From positions 1 to 55,640 of the IMG/VR virus record IMGVR_UViG_3300026518_000670: 55,640 nt of DNA; one strand, given 5' to 3'. Position 1 is the stretch's first letter, and each line of letters opens with the position of its first letter. Position numbers and translations under genes: made by a program. This document shows positions 36,838 to 46,185 of the stretch, one piece after another. This stretch comes from a virus. Taxonomy: Duplodnaviria; Caudoviricetes. The notes under the pieces are model-generated. The model made no database searches and was not told the origin of the DNA. It saw only the letters and a list, made by a program, of their open reading frames with translations.

Positions 36838-38408
36838 GCGGTCTTCCATCCTCGATGGCGCTCTCGGCGCCGGCTTGTTGTGGACTGGTCATTGACACCC
36901 TGCAGCGGATAGCCCTGTGCAAACTGGCGGAAAGCATCCGCACCGTTCGAGGCCCAGTTGTGCAGCGGATAGTCGTGCCAGGCCTGCACCGTGTCATTCC
37001 ACTTGTGCTGGTAGGCTGCCAGCGCCAGCAGTCCACCCCTGCCTTCCCCGGGGATGATCTCTCCGCACCGGGTAGCATCAAATCGACACCGTCCGAACAC
37101 CTGGCGCACCATGTCGATGCCATCGTTGATGTTCTCGATGCGCGGCACCATCACTGTTGGCCTGACCCCGAGGCTTTCCAGGACCTGCAGGCGCGTCATG
37201 TTGCCTTCGGCTGCCCAGTCGGTATTGACCCCGTCATGAGGCAGATAATGGCGGCCGTAGTGATAGCCGAGCTCTTGTAGCTTGCGGGCGTAGAAAGCGG
37301 CTTGTTCGCCGCTGTTTTCGTAGTAGTCGATGAAGTGATGCCAGGGACCGACCTGCTGGTGGAACCAGATCGCCGTCGTGTCGTTCATGCCGATGTCCCA
37401 GAACGTGTTTACTGGCACGCCCGGGATGACCGGTAGATCGCAGACCCGACCATCCTTGTACGCCTTGGTCAGCTGCTTGCCGTAGTACGCCCCCTCCACG
37501 TGCACCGCAAACGCTTCTTCAGGCGTGGAAGGGTGCTCCTGCTTCATCTTGTCGCCCTGCTCTTCAGACTTTTTGACGTACCATGCTTTTTGTCGCGCGC
37601 TGAGCGCGATGCCGTGATCAGCGGCCAAGGTCTCGAAGTAGGCTTCAAGCTCGCTCGGAATGGGCACTCCGTCGGGGTCCAGCACATTGACGGGATCCTC
37701 AAACCACGCGGAAAAGCTGAACCGGTAATCCATGCTGCTCAGCTTGGCCGTTCCGGCCTCGACCATGGCTTGCAGCTTCTGTGCACGCGTGCACATCCGG
37801 TAGAAATCGCCCAGCCTTCCATGGGCCGTGCTCTCGATCGTGCACAGGCAGTCCGGGGGAAGCGTGTTCAGTGCACCTGTTTTGACCTCGCCGGCGCGCA
37901 GCGGCCAGAACGCTCCCATCGGCCCGTATTCGGACACCCAGAGAAACTGCAGGGTGCCACCACGATGGCTGAGACCGACGGTGATTCGGCTTCCATTCGA
38001 CAATTCGATCTCACCGGTCATATCGCGCCTGACCAGCGTACGCACGTCCCTGAGCCACCCTGGCAACCGGTCGTAGGCAAACAGCACCTTGGTGCGGAAA
38101 ACCTTCTCGGCCTCCGAAGCCTGGTGCATCACGATGCCGCATGCGGTGTTGGATCGAAATAACGCGGTATCCAGCGCAAGGATCGAACCCAGCGTGGTCA
38201 TGCCATGCTGGCGGGACTTGAGCTTGATATTGCGTATGTGCATGTTGGCGAGAAACTCGCTCTGCACATGGTTGGGCTTGAAGACGATCTCACGCCCATG
38301 CTTGTCCAGAATCTTGTACAGGTTCGACAGGCGCCATTCCCGATCCTGCAACAGCCGCTTGAGACGATCGATCTTTGCCTGATCTATCTCATGGCTACTC
38401 GGTCGCAT
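36834..38408 (-). CDS. terL: Terminase large subunit
   Basis: Walker A LKSRQHGMTT, Walker B FLWVSE, motif IESTA, nuclease WDIG, C-terminal HNWASNGADAFR. Confidence 0.92.
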   Translation of the reverse strand: MRPSSHEIDQAKIDRLKRLLQDREWRLSNLYKILDKHGREIVFKPNHVQSEFLANMHIRNIKLKSRQHGMTTLGSILALDTALFRSNTACGIVMHQASEAEKVFRTKVLFAYDRLPGWLRDVRTLVRRDMTGEIELSNGSRITVGLSHRGGTLQFLWVSEYGPMGAFWPLRAGEVKTGALNTLPPDCLCTIESTAHGRLGDFYRMCTRAQKLQAMVEAGTAKLSSMDYRFSFSAWFEDPVNVLDPDGVPIPSELEAYFETLAADHGIALSARQKAWYVKKSEEQGDKMKQEHPSTPEEAFAVHVEGAYYGKQLTKAYKDGRVCDLPVIPGVPVNTFWDIGMNDTTAIWFHQQVGPWHHFIDYYENSGEQAAFYARKLQELGYHYGRHYLPHDGVNTDWAAEGNMTRLQVLESLGVRPTVMVPRIENINDGIDMVRQVFGRCRFDATRCGEIIPGEGRGGLLALAAYQHKWNDTVQAWHDYPLHNWASNGADAFRQFAQGYPLQGVNDQSTTSRRRERHRGWKTA

Positions 38409-39321
38409 CGCCAGGGATCCCGGTTCCGGCCCCGTCGATGGCACTTAGCATGTCTTCCAGCGCTCGATGGTTGTGGTCTACCTTACCCTCGAACCGACGC
38501 GTGAACATGCCGATATGTTTGCCGTAGTCGATCAACGCACCCTTCTGATCGTGCGTCAGCACCTGGATACCGTGCTGGGTCATTTTCACGCCGGCGAACA
38601 GCAGCTTGGCTTCAGGGCCAAGATCGCGAGTGTCCTTGATCAGGACCGCCTCGATACCCCTGCCAAAGCACTCCGGGCAGTCTGGGTTCGGGTCGTGATA
38701 CGGGTTGAATCCGGTTCCCCCCTCTTCATCGAACTGATGTTTTGACGGGTTCTTGCAGGCTTCCTTCTGATGTTTTGACGGGTTCTTGCAGGCTTCCTTC
38801 AGTTCTTTCTCCCAGTTCTTCCTGGCCTCGACCATCTCCTGTGGCGTGCGCTGGAACCGATGACCATCGCCCCAGCAGTACCTGCAGCAGCAGCGCCATA
38901 CTTCAGTCAGCTCACGTGCATCGGCCGTGGCGATGGCCACCAGCCTGGCGGCGACATCATCTGCCTCCATACCGTTGCGCTGTGCGATGTCATGCATGCC
39001 TTCCTGAATCTTCGACTGGACCTCCGGAAGAGCAAGCAGGTCCGATGCCTGGGTTCGGGCGCTGCGCGGGCTGTACCCGGCCTCGATCGCAGCCTGACGC
39101 CCATTGTGGTGCACCAGGTAGCGCTGCACGAAGACCTCGACCCTGGAGATGCCTCGCTGCTTCTGCTTTCCTGTGGTTTTGGCAGTGTGGTTGGCGGTCT
39201 TCTTGGCCGGCGAACGCTTGGCCGCAGGCCGCTTCTTCACCGGTGCAGGACGTGCACCCTTGGCCCTACTCGATTTGACGGCCTTGGCGGTTTTCTTGGC
39301 GGTAGTTTTTTTGGTGGCCAT
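38395..39321 (-). CDS. terS: Terminase small subunit
   Basis: FVQRYLVHHNGRQAAIEAGYS...ASDLL HTH, CCRYC...CPEC insert, Lys/Ala-rich N-tail. Confidence 0.88.
   Translation of the reverse strand: MATKKTTAKKTAKAVKSSRAKGARPAPVKKRPAAKRSPAKKTANHTAKTTGKQKQRGISRVEVFVQRYLVHHNGRQAAIEAGYSPRSARTQASDLLALPEVQSKIQEGMHDIAQRNGMEADDVAARLVAIATADARELTEVWRCCCRYCWGDGHRFQRTPQEMVEARKNWEKELKEACKNPSKHQKEACKNPSKHQFDEEGGTGFNPYHDPNPDCPECFGRGIEAVLIKDTRDLGPEAKLLFAGVKMTQHGIQVLTHDQKGALIDYGKHIGMFTRRFEGKVDHNHRALEDMLSAIDGAGTGIPGDATE
38734..38799. repeat. Perfect 33-bp tandem duplication inside terS
   Basis: CTGATGTTTTGACGGGTTCTTGCAGGCTTCCTT twice, encoding KEACKNPSKHQ twice. Confidence 0.95.
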
Positions 39322-39339
39322 GTTCGGAAATGTTCAGGA

Positions 39340-39669
39340 TCACTGCGCGCACCGGATCGCCTGCGCGCGCAGCTTTCGATACTCCCTTGCGTCGGTGCCC
39401 TTGAGCTGGAGCAGGACCTTTGCCCGCTCGTCCTGCGACAGGCTGATGTAATTGGCGGGCAACTGGCTGAGCCACTTCTCAAAGCGCTCGAAGGCCTTGG
39501 GCATGCATTCAGCGGGTTTGACTTTGGGCGGTTGCGGCAGCTGCTGGGGCGCCACCGCGGGCGGCTTCGTCATAGAGCTGCATGAACTGGCGAGTACCAG
39601 CAGGATCAGTGCCACGCAGATCAGGAACAGCCGATACCGGCTGCATCTTTGGCAGATGGAAATGAACAT
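39340..39669 (-). CDS. Outer-membrane spanin (Rz1-like lipoprotein)
   Basis: Hydrophobic stretch plus lipobox-like LASSC, Pro-rich mature part. Overlaps the i-spanin 3' end in another frame. Start uncertain. Confidence 0.65.
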   Translation of the reverse strand: MFISICQRCSRYRLFLICVALILLVLASSCSSMTKPPAVAPQQLPQPPKVKPAECMPKAFERFEKWLSQLPANYISLSQDERAKVLLQLKGTDAREYRKLRAQAIRCAQ

Positions 39670-39934
39670 TCTGGATCTGCTCCTGCAGGGCATCACCCTG
39701 CGTGTCGATTGTGTGATGCATGTCCAGCAGATTCGCAGACAGACCCTGCTCGCGTTTCTCTTCCTTGGCACGCTGCTTGATCTGTAACCCGGCGCGATGT
39801 GCAATTTCCTGCGTTTGCTGCTGCGCCTGTCGGCGCGTATCGCTGCCGTGCTTCCAACCGCACACCTTCCAACCCACGACGAACCCGAGCACAAACACGG
39901 CCATCGCGATGACAATTTTCCTGGCCAGGGTCAT
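39509..39934 (-). CDS. Inner-membrane spanin (Rz-like)
   Basis: Single N-terminal TM (IVIAMAVFVLGFVVGW) then coiled coil. Within the lysis cassette. Confidence 0.7.
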   Translation of the reverse strand: MTLARKIVIAMAVFVLGFVVGWKVCGWKHGSDTRRQAQQQTQEIAHRAGLQIKQRAKEEKREQGLSANLLDMHHTIDTQGDALQEQIQNVHFHLPKMQPVSAVPDLRGTDPAGTRQFMQLYDEAARGGAPAAAATAQSQTR

Positions 39935-40125
39935 TGCGGATCAACGATGGTGATGGCAATGGACAACTGCTTCACACCCGCACTCCCGCCATGCGCTTGC
40001 ACATGCTCGATGGCCAGCCGATCGGCCTCTCGACGTGTACGGCAAAGGTATGCCGGCCGCACGCCACTCTTGTCGACCACGACGCCGTAGCATTTCTCCG
40101 GGACACCATCGGTACGCATATTCAT
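39931..40125 (-). CDS. Hypothetical protein
   Basis: 64 aa, ATGA-coupled on both sides. Confidence 0.5.
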   Translation of the reverse strand: MNMRTDGVPEKCYGVVVDKSGVRPAYLCRTRREADRLAIEHVQAHGGSAGVKQLSIAITIVDPQ

Positions 40126-40454
40126 TTCTTGGTGCTGTTCGTGTGTTGAAGATCGCGAATGTCTTGGGTATTTCTCAGCACCTGGACCTTGATCTCTGCC
40201 GTGGTCTGTCGCATGACCGGAACATCGGAAAGCTGCTTGCTCAGGGCAGAGAGCTGGGCATTGGTCACTGCCTGCTGGGTTTTGATGTCCTGCAGATCAC
40301 TGCCCTGTCTGAGCTGTGTGTCGGAGATGCCTTGGTATGTCAGATATGCAAGTCCCATCAGAGTGGTGCCTGCGGCAGCTACGACCCACTTTTCGATCGG
40401 CCCCAGCTTGAAGTGCCAATGGCCATCATCGTGGCGTTCAATATCCATGCTCAT
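40122..40454 (-). CDS. Single-TM coiled-coil protein in the lysis cassette
   Basis: TM WVVAAAGTTLMGLAYLTY followed by heptads. Confidence 0.6.
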   Translation of the reverse strand: MSMDIERHDDGHWHFKLGPIEKWVVAAAGTTLMGLAYLTYQGISDTQLRQGSDLQDIKTQQAVTNAQLSALSKQLSDVPVMRQTTAEIKVQVLRNTQDIRDLQHTNSTKK

Positions 40455-41091
40455 TAACCACTCCCGCGGTGCATGGACAAGCAGACTTGCCCCATCCTGC
40501 TTGTACATAACGCGGTGCCAGGGTATGCAAAATCCTTCGTGGGTATCCACGATTCTCAAGCCAAGCCGAGATTGATCGTCCGGCATTGACCACTTCAGTA
40601 TTGCCCCACCATCTACCAGGATTGAGCTGCACATCGCGTGCAGTCCGTTGATCCCGGTACACCCACCCCAAGCCGCCGTTGTATGCAGATAGCGTCATGG
40701 CCCACCGGTCGCATAGTGTTTGTGCTCGAATCGCGCGGTACAGATCCGCGTCGTACCGCGCCGCGCACCGTATTGCCCATCGAGGATCGAACGGTTGTGC
40801 TGGAGCGCAGGCGGTCGGATGCAGTCGGGCCATGTCGCGGGCGGTCGCCGGCATGAACTGGGCCATGCCAAGCGCACCGGCATGTGATCGCGCATCGGGT
40901 TTCCAGGCACTTTCCTGATGCAACTGCGCTGCAAGCGTGGCAATCGGCGCGTTCAGACCAAATTGCTGATGCGCTACGGTGACCACCGTACGGCGCCAGC
41001 GCTGCGCGCCGGATGGAGGTGTCACCGCCAACACCACCACCGGCAGCGCAAGCGCCAGCGCACCCAGTAGGCGAAGGAACCGCCGATTCAT
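40438..41091 (-). CDS. Endolysin, SLT lytic transglycosylase with N-terminal signal/anchor
   Basis: QLHQESAW catalytic Glu, GALGMAQFMPAT, SAYNGGLG, ENRGYPRRI. Confidence 0.9.
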   Translation of the reverse strand: MNRRFLRLLGALALALPVVVLAVTPPSGAQRWRRTVVTVAHQQFGLNAPIATLAAQLHQESAWKPDARSHAGALGMAQFMPATARDMARLHPTACAPAQPFDPRWAIRCAARYDADLYRAIRAQTLCDRWAMTLSAYNGGLGWVYRDQRTARDVQLNPGRWWGNTEVVNAGRSISAWLENRGYPRRILHTLAPRYVQAGWGKSACPCTAGVVNEHGY

Positions 41092-41381
41092 ACCGCCAGG
41101 CTCACGCCGATTATGGTGGCGGCCACGATGACCCCGAGTGTCAGTTTGTCCACCGAGCGTTCGAGCGCTGTCGCACGTTCTGATGGGTCGGTTCTTGCAA
41201 CGTTGCGCGAGATCCAGTAACCACCCCATGCGCCGCTGGCAACCTTCGCGCAGGCTCCGGCCCAGGCCACGAGATACTGCACACCGCCGAACAGCAGTCC
41301 GACAAGCAACGCGCCGATGACGGCCAGCGCCAGCCAGCCCGAAGCGCGCAGGCGCCGGGGTAAATCGATGGGTAGATTCAT
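41088..41381 (-). CDS. Putative holin (2-3 TM)
   Basis: Small multi-TM protein immediately upstream of the endolysin. GYWISR motif. Confidence 0.7.
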   Translation of the reverse strand: MNLPIDLPRRLRASGWLALAVIGALLVGLLFGGVQYLVAWAGACAKVASGAWGGYWISRNVARTDPSERATALERSVDKLTLGVIVAATIIGVSLAV

Positions 41382-41443
41382 GGGATGTCCTTATTGCCGC
41401 GCAGTCTGGAATGGAACCGGGTCAATGGCGCCCGTGTCCCGCG

Positions 41444-41477
41444 CATGAAAAAGCCGGCGGATGCCGGCTCTTTCATG
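41444..41477 (-). terminator. Terminator in the late leader (tR'-like)
   Basis: AGCCGGC-ATCC-GCCGGCT-TTTT on the minus strand, with extended CATGAAA/TTTCATG arms. Confidence 0.7.
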
Positions 41478-41547
41478 AGCTTACCAACAGGGGAGATGAA
41501 ATCACGATGTACTTGCTTGGGAGGCAATCCCAGACACGCACGCGAAC

Positions 41548-41615
41548 ATTCAGACCTCTCCGGTTCCCAATGTCAACTGCGGGTCAACTGCGGCTTACTT
41601 GCGGGTCAAGTGCGG
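41548..41615 (-). promoter_or_regulatory. Putative late promoter with four tandem 11-bp repeats
   Basis: GTCAACTGCGG twice, CTTACTTGCGG, GTCAAGTGCGG (41572-41615). The promoter-proximal repeat forms TTGACA (41571-41576, minus). Weak -10. Confidence 0.6.
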
Positions 41616-41618
41616 TCC

Positions 41619-42134
41619 TCAGTCCCCGTAGAGAAAGTCACGCGCATCGCTGGCGGCATTCTTCGCTTCGGCTTCCAGATAGGAGACCACATATCGGTAA
41701 ATCTGGCCGAAGTCCCCTTTGCGCATCTTCATGGCCTTGGCCCGGGTCGCATTGCGCTCGGCACGCTTGGGCCAGACCAAATCATTCATCACGAACTGGA
41801 TGACCAGGCGCAATCGTGCGCATCGGGGCCCTTCGAGCATCTTCGCGTACTGTGGCGCGTGCTGCAGTGCCCGCAGGTGTTCGGCATACGTCTGATCGAT
41901 AATGCTCTGAAAGCTCGCTGAACTCTGAAATACGATAGCCAGCGCGACCATCTTGCCAATCGTGTGCTGCGAACTGGCCAGCGCGTGGGCGATGTCCGCC
42001 GGCGTACCTGCTGGCGACGGCTTGCCACCGCGCCCGCCATGCGGCACGACATAGCAACCACGGCCGGCCAGGCGTTCGAGAATCTCGGCAGGCTCCAGGC
42101 GCGCGCGCCCCCAAAGATCATTGCTCTGGCGCAT
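41619..42134 (-). CDS. Late transcription regulator (Q-like position)
   Basis: Last early gene before the late promoter and lysis genes. C-terminal HTH-like (RAKAMKMRKGDFGQIY). Confidence 0.55.
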   Translation of the reverse strand: MRQSNDLWGRARLEPAEILERLAGRGCYVVPHGGRGGKPSPAGTPADIAHALASSQHTIGKMVALAIVFQSSASFQSIIDQTYAEHLRALQHAPQYAKMLEGPRCARLRLVIQFVMNDLVWPKRAERNATRAKAMKMRKGDFGQIYRYVVSYLEAEAKNAASDARDFLYGD

Positions 42135-42381
42135 CAGCTTTCTCCCCTACAGCTTCTCGGTACGCCTCTTCGTCGAAGACGAATCCGCGGCTCTGGCTCA
42201 CGCACGCCGGGAAAGCCTTTGGCGGCTGCAGACCACACACCGCGCGCCGACCCACAGTAGCGAAGATGTGCGCGCGACGTGTGCAGTAGTTGCATCCACC
42301 ATCCCGAATGACACGCTTGCGTTGTGTCAGGCCCTGCCCGCGTGCCGTGAATCGCTCAGGTTGGGTAAACGCCTTCGTCAT
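42118..42381 (-). CDS. Small Cys-containing hypothetical protein
   Basis: ATGA-coupled. CNYC...C...C. Confidence 0.5.
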   Translation of the reverse strand: MTKAFTQPERFTARGQGLTQRKRVIRDGGCNYCTRRAHIFATVGRRAVCGLQPPKAFPACVSQSRGFVFDEEAYREAVGEKADAPEQ

Positions 42382-42932
42382 GCCTTGTCCACATAGGCCT
42401 TCCAGACCTCGAGCGCTTCGTCGCACGAGCTGCAGCAATGTGCCTCATAGCCTTCACGCTCGGAATCGAGCAGCCACTTCACCTGGGCCTGACTGGCCTT
42501 GCCGACTCGAGACTTCATCTCGATGTAGAGGCCATGCTTGCCCCCGCGCGCGATCGCGCAGTGAATGTCTGACACGCCGGCTTTCACACCCTCCTGCTGG
42601 AAATGCCAGGCCTCGCGTTTGCCACGCCTGCCCCCATTGGGAATGGCGTAGGTGCGCTCTGCCGGTATCTTGTAGCGGTCCGGGTCGGTGCAGGACAGGT
42701 CGTAGATCCTCGCGAAGAACATCACCTGCTGTTCGTGCTCTTCCTCTTGCCGTCGGGCCGTTGCGTTGGTTGCCTTCTTGCCGCCGACATGGCCAGGCTG
42801 CATCAAAAATCCCTGATCTCCATCGGCGCTCTTGCCCATCTTCTGCTGTTTGTGGTCTTCACCCTCCTGCAAGCGCCTGCGCATCTCCGGCGGCATCGCA
42901 TCCAGGCTTCTGTAACGCAGGCCCCGGCTCAC
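42378..42932 (-). CDS. VRR-NUC domain endonuclease
   Basis: EHEQQ, AIPNGG, GVKAGVSD, LYIEMK, QVKW. Confidence 0.88.
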   Translation of the reverse strand: MSRGLRYRSLDAMPPEMRRRLQEGEDHKQQKMGKSADGDQGFLMQPGHVGGKKATNATARRQEEEHEQQVMFFARIYDLSCTDPDRYKIPAERTYAIPNGGRRGKREAWHFQQEGVKAGVSDIHCAIARGGKHGLYIEMKSRVGKASQAQVKWLLDSEREGYEAHCCSSCDEALEVWKAYVDKA

Positions 42933-43396
42933 TTGGGCACCTCCAGTCCTGCGGTAGCAAGTTGCTCACGCGCACGCGCTGTCAGGCCTTGCATGGCCTC
43001 GATGAAGCGTGATGTCTCGCTCAATATCTCATCCTGTACGCGCAGGATCACCACCAGCTGCTCGCGGTTCAGGTCGGCATAGGTACTGTCCTGGGCCCGG
43101 ATATGCGGTTCAGGCATTTCAAAGCGGGCATCGAACCCGCCCACCGGTCTGAAGGCGGATGCCTGGCGCCCGTGCGTATCTTTCTTGCCCCCGACAACCT
43201 CGACCAGTCCGGTCTTGCTCATGTGCCGCAGCCGCGCTGCGATCGACATCCTGCTGAGCTGTTCGATCACCCCAGCTGGCCAACCATGCCCCGCAGCCAG
43301 TCCCTGTGCGATGTCCTCCAGCGCCTCGCTGGTGGACGGCCTTCCTGACCGGTGCAGCGCGGCCAGCACGATCTGATTGAGCTTCTCCGATCTCAT
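42929..43396 (-). CDS. Hypothetical winged-helix protein
   Basis: SIAARLRHMSKTGLVE wHTH-like pattern. Confidence 0.55.
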   Translation of the reverse strand: MRSEKLNQIVLAALHRSGRPSTSEALEDIAQGLAAGHGWPAGVIEQLSRMSIAARLRHMSKTGLVEVVGGKKDTHGRQASAFRPVGGFDARFEMPEPHIRAQDSTYADLNREQLVVILRVQDEILSETSRFIEAMQGLTARAREQLATAGLEVPK

Positions 43397-44178
43397 GCCG
43401 AACCCCCTTTGCGGCGCAGGCTCGGCCAGTCACAGGCGATCACCACGCTCTGGTCGTCGGTCAGGCGGTCCCAGATTCGTCCCCCGAGGAACGTGTCCAG
43501 GCCATCCACCTGAGTTCCGTCTTCCTGCTTGCTGGCGTGCGCAGGCAGGTTTGAAATTAGGACCGTCGGCTTGCGTGCCGCGTAGCGTCCGTTCAGCGCC
43601 TCAAACAGCATCAGGATCTCGCCCTCGTTGCCGCGGTGAGCTCCGACGTCGTCCAGAATGAGCAGATCCACGTCGATCAGGTCGCGCAGCGCGTCGGTCT
43701 CGGTCTTGTCTCTGCGTTTCCAGGTATCGCGCTGGTGCCGGATGGCCGCGTATGCGGTCATGAACAGGACGGTGCGGTTGTGAGTGCGGATCAGGACATC
43801 CCCTATCGAGCAGGCCAGGCCGGTCTTTCCAGAACCCATCGGTCCTACCAGCAACAGGTTCGTCCCGCGCTTCTCGATCCTGGGCCAGTTCTCCGCGTAG
43901 CGCTCGCAGCGCTGCCTGGCAAGGCGCGCGCGCTCACGGTCTTCGGGGTCATCGATCGCATGGATGGGGAAACTATCGAAGCTGTACTCGCGGAAGCGGG
44001 CCGGCATCAGCGACGACCCGATTCGCTTCTCGAGCTCCCGGGCGCGCAGCTGGCGCTTGTGCTCGGCATCGCGTCGATGGATCGCCTCCTCATCCTCGCG
44101 TCTGCGAGCCTCGATCAGGGCTTCTCCGGTCATCTGCGGTGTCAATTCGTCAGCGCAGTGCTTGGGGTAGCTGGTCAT
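43393..44178 (-). CDS. DnaC/IstB-like helicase loader ATPase
   Basis: PARFREYSFDSF, Walker A GPMGSGKT, Walker B LLILDD, ISN, RIWDRL. Confidence 0.9.
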   Translation of the reverse strand: MTSYPKHCADELTPQMTGEALIEARRREDEEAIHRRDAEHKRQLRARELEKRIGSSLMPARFREYSFDSFPIHAIDDPEDRERARLARQRCERYAENWPRIEKRGTNLLLVGPMGSGKTGLACSIGDVLIRTHNRTVLFMTAYAAIRHQRDTWKRRDKTETDALRDLIDVDLLILDDVGAHRGNEGEILMLFEALNGRYAARKPTVLISNLPAHASKQEDGTQVDGLDTFLGGRIWDRLTDDQSVVIACDWPSLRRKGGSA

Positions 44179-45040
44179 CGTTGGTGCCCTGGTAGGTGGT
44201 TCCGTAGTAGTCCGATCGCATCTGTCCGGACGCGTCTGCGGCAAGGTTTCCGACCGTGGCGTTGTCACGCCGCCGGCCCTGCAGCGTGCTGAGCAGGTAG
44301 CGCAGATTCGGTGGCCGGCCCTTTTTCCGGCTGGTCAGTTCCTTCGCGGTGTCGGTGAGCTGGCGCACCGTGAACCCTTCGCCGAGGGCATCGAGCAGCT
44401 CGACCCGGCTGGGGTGCACGTCGACCATGCCCAGCTCGCGCAGCGCCTTGGCGGCGCTCACGGCCGCCGTGTGGGTCTGGTCCACTTGCTCGTGGCTCAA
44501 GGCTTCGGCAGGTGGATCCTGCGCGCCGGGCGGCGCGGTCGCATCGCCTCCCGTACATTGCGGGCTCGCAGTAGGTTCTCCTAGTTCATTGGCTCTTGGG
44601 GATTGGGGAGGTTTCGTTCCGGGTTCGTTCTGGGTTCCTTGCTGGGTTTCTTCTGTAAACCCACTGGGTTTCCCGTTGGGTTTTTGATTCGCCGGCTTTT
44701 TCTTCGGCCTTCCACCCTTGGAGCCGTTGGCGCGCGCGGCATCTAGCCTCGGCTTGGCCTTCTCAATCTCGGCCTCGCAGCGCTCATTTACCCATTCAGA
44801 ACTGGAACCGTTTTTCCCTTCACATTCGGTGTGCGAAAAGAACTCGTTCAGGACGAAATCCACGGCCCGTTTTTCGCTCGCTTTCGTCGCCCTGGCAATG
44901 ATGTATCGCTGGGCATGCGGGATTGCCCGCTCGTTCCCGTAGTACCAGTCGATCAGCCGACCGTAGGCGCCGTCCTGCTCCATCGTCAGGTGCGCGGTCT
45001 TGACCAGGTAGTGGGCCGGGTAACGCGGGTAGAAGTTCAT
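44150..45040 (-). CDS. Replication initiator, YdaU/DUF1376 family
   Basis: MNFYPRYPAHY...HLTMEQDGAYGRLIDWYY, NERCEAEI, NGSKGGRP. Confidence 0.85.
   Translation of the reverse strand: MNFYPRYPAHYLVKTAHLTMEQDGAYGRLIDWYYGNERAIPHAQRYIIARATKASEKRAVDFVLNEFFSHTECEGKNGSSSEWVNERCEAEIEKAKPRLDAARANGSKGGRPKKKPANQKPNGKPSGFTEETQQGTQNEPGTKPPQSPRANELGEPTASPQCTGGDATAPPGAQDPPAEALSHEQVDQTHTAAVSAAKALRELGMVDVHPSRVELLDALGEGFTVRQLTDTAKELTSRKKGRPPNLRYLLSTLQGRRRDNATVGNLAADASGQMRSDYYGTTYQGTNDDQLPQALR
44621..44685. repeat. Putative replication origin iterons within the initiator gene
   Basis: Five GGGTT motifs (44621, 44632, 44644, 44666, 44678) at about 11-12 bp phase, plus one inverted AAACCCA. Confidence 0.55.
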
Positions 45041-45198
45041 CAGTCGCTGACCACCACACGAGCTATTTTCGCGTTGCACTGGCTGGCGATGCGTCGAGCT
45101 TCTGAACGTGATTTGCACTTCATGGCCGGCTCTCCCGTATCCGGGTCGAAAACCAGCCAATACAACACGCTGCCACGCGGAAATTTGCACTTTTTCAT
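45040..45198 (-). CDS. Small hypothetical protein (52 aa)
   Basis: GGAGG SD. Coupled to both neighbours. Confidence 0.55.
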   Translation of the reverse strand: MKKCKFPRGSVLYWLVFDPDTGEPAMKCKSRSEARRIASQCNAKIARVVVSD

Positions 45199-45416
45199 GT
45201 CACCTCCACTTTCTCTTGACTTCCCAGGTCTTTGACTGGGCACACATGTCCACGCCCTTTGTTCTCGGCAAAGGCTCGCCACCGGTAGGCAGTTGCCCGA
45301 CTGCATCCGGTCCTGGCCCTGATTTCGCCAACGCTCGGTATATACCTGAGTGAGCCCATCCAATAGGCCACTTCCACCGCAGGGGTCTGGTAAAAGCGCG
45401 CACGCGATCGAGCCAT
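45195..45416 (-). CDS. Small HTH DNA-binding protein
   Basis: SVGEIRARTGCSRATAYRW HTH. Confidence 0.7.
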   Translation of the reverse strand: MARSRARFYQTPAVEVAYWMGSLRYIPSVGEIRARTGCSRATAYRWRAFAENKGRGHVCPVKDLGSQEKVEVT

Positions 45417-45685
45417 CAGGAATCTTCCCTATGCGTATGACGAGGTATCGGCAGGCCTTCCAGTGCCCGGCGCGCGCGCGCGCCACGATCCTTGACTGCG
45501 GCCGGCAAGCTCCAGCGTCGGCCGTGATAGTGATTGCGCGTCCAGTGGCTGCGGTCGGCGTAGAACAGCAGCGCCTGGCGGATGCTCTCCGTGGAATGCT
45601 CGCGTCGATGTTCCCGCCAATGCGCGATCGTGCCGGCGACAGCTGCCAGCACGATCACTACCGTGAGGATCACCAGCAGAGGCAT
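45416..45685 (-). CDS. Small membrane protein
   Basis: N-terminal hydrophobic helix. TGATG coupling. Confidence 0.55.
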   Translation of the reverse strand: MPLLVILTVVIVLAAVAGTIAHWREHRREHSTESIRQALLFYADRSHWTRNHYHGRRWSLPAAVKDRGARARRALEGLPIPRHTHREDS

Positions 45686-46182
45686 CAGAATCCGCCGCCT
45701 TGTACGTCATCGACGCCTTCCAGCCGGAAGCGCACGGCGGGATATCCGTCCGGCGCCGGGCCTAGGTGGCGCGGCGGCGCGCCGTCATCCAGACGCGACA
45801 GCTCATGGCCCAGCGCCTCGATCACGGCCGCCGAGCGCTCATGGGCCTCAGCGATGCGCTCGAGGATGTACTGGAGGCGTTCCTCGGTCGGTATCGCAGT
45901 GGCGCGGAAGCCGAGATCCAGGGCCATGGCCTCGAACAAACCGAAGCGATGGAAGCGCTTCATCAGGGCCCAGATCTCGACGATCTTGAAGAACTCCGGA
46001 CGGCGTGGGTTCAGACAGGCATTCCAGCGTGCGATCGCCGCGTCCCAGGTCAGTTTTTCCTCGTCCCACAACCCTTCTTCCAGCAGGAACTCGATCATCT
46101 GCTTGCGCAGGCGTGGATCTACAGCGAGGGTATCGCGCAGTGCTTCCAGGCCGGCCTGCATCCAGGAATTGTCAAGCCACAT
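45685..46182 (-). CDS. CII-like regulator
   Basis: Position after cro. GAGGAGG SD. CLNPRRPEFF motif resembles phage CII-family proteins. Confidence 0.55.
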   Translation of the reverse strand: MWLDNSWMQAGLEALRDTLAVDPRLRKQMIEFLLEEGLWDEEKLTWDAAIARWNACLNPRRPEFFKIVEIWALMKRFHRFGLFEAMALDLGFRATAIPTEERLQYILERIAEAHERSAAVIEALGHELSRLDDGAPPRHLGPAPDGYPAVRFRLEGVDDVQGGGF

Positions 46183-46185
46183 GCG

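Noticed and set aside
41572-41615. Short tandem repeats as a mini-CRISPR
   Set aside because: 11-bp units with no spacers and no cas genes.
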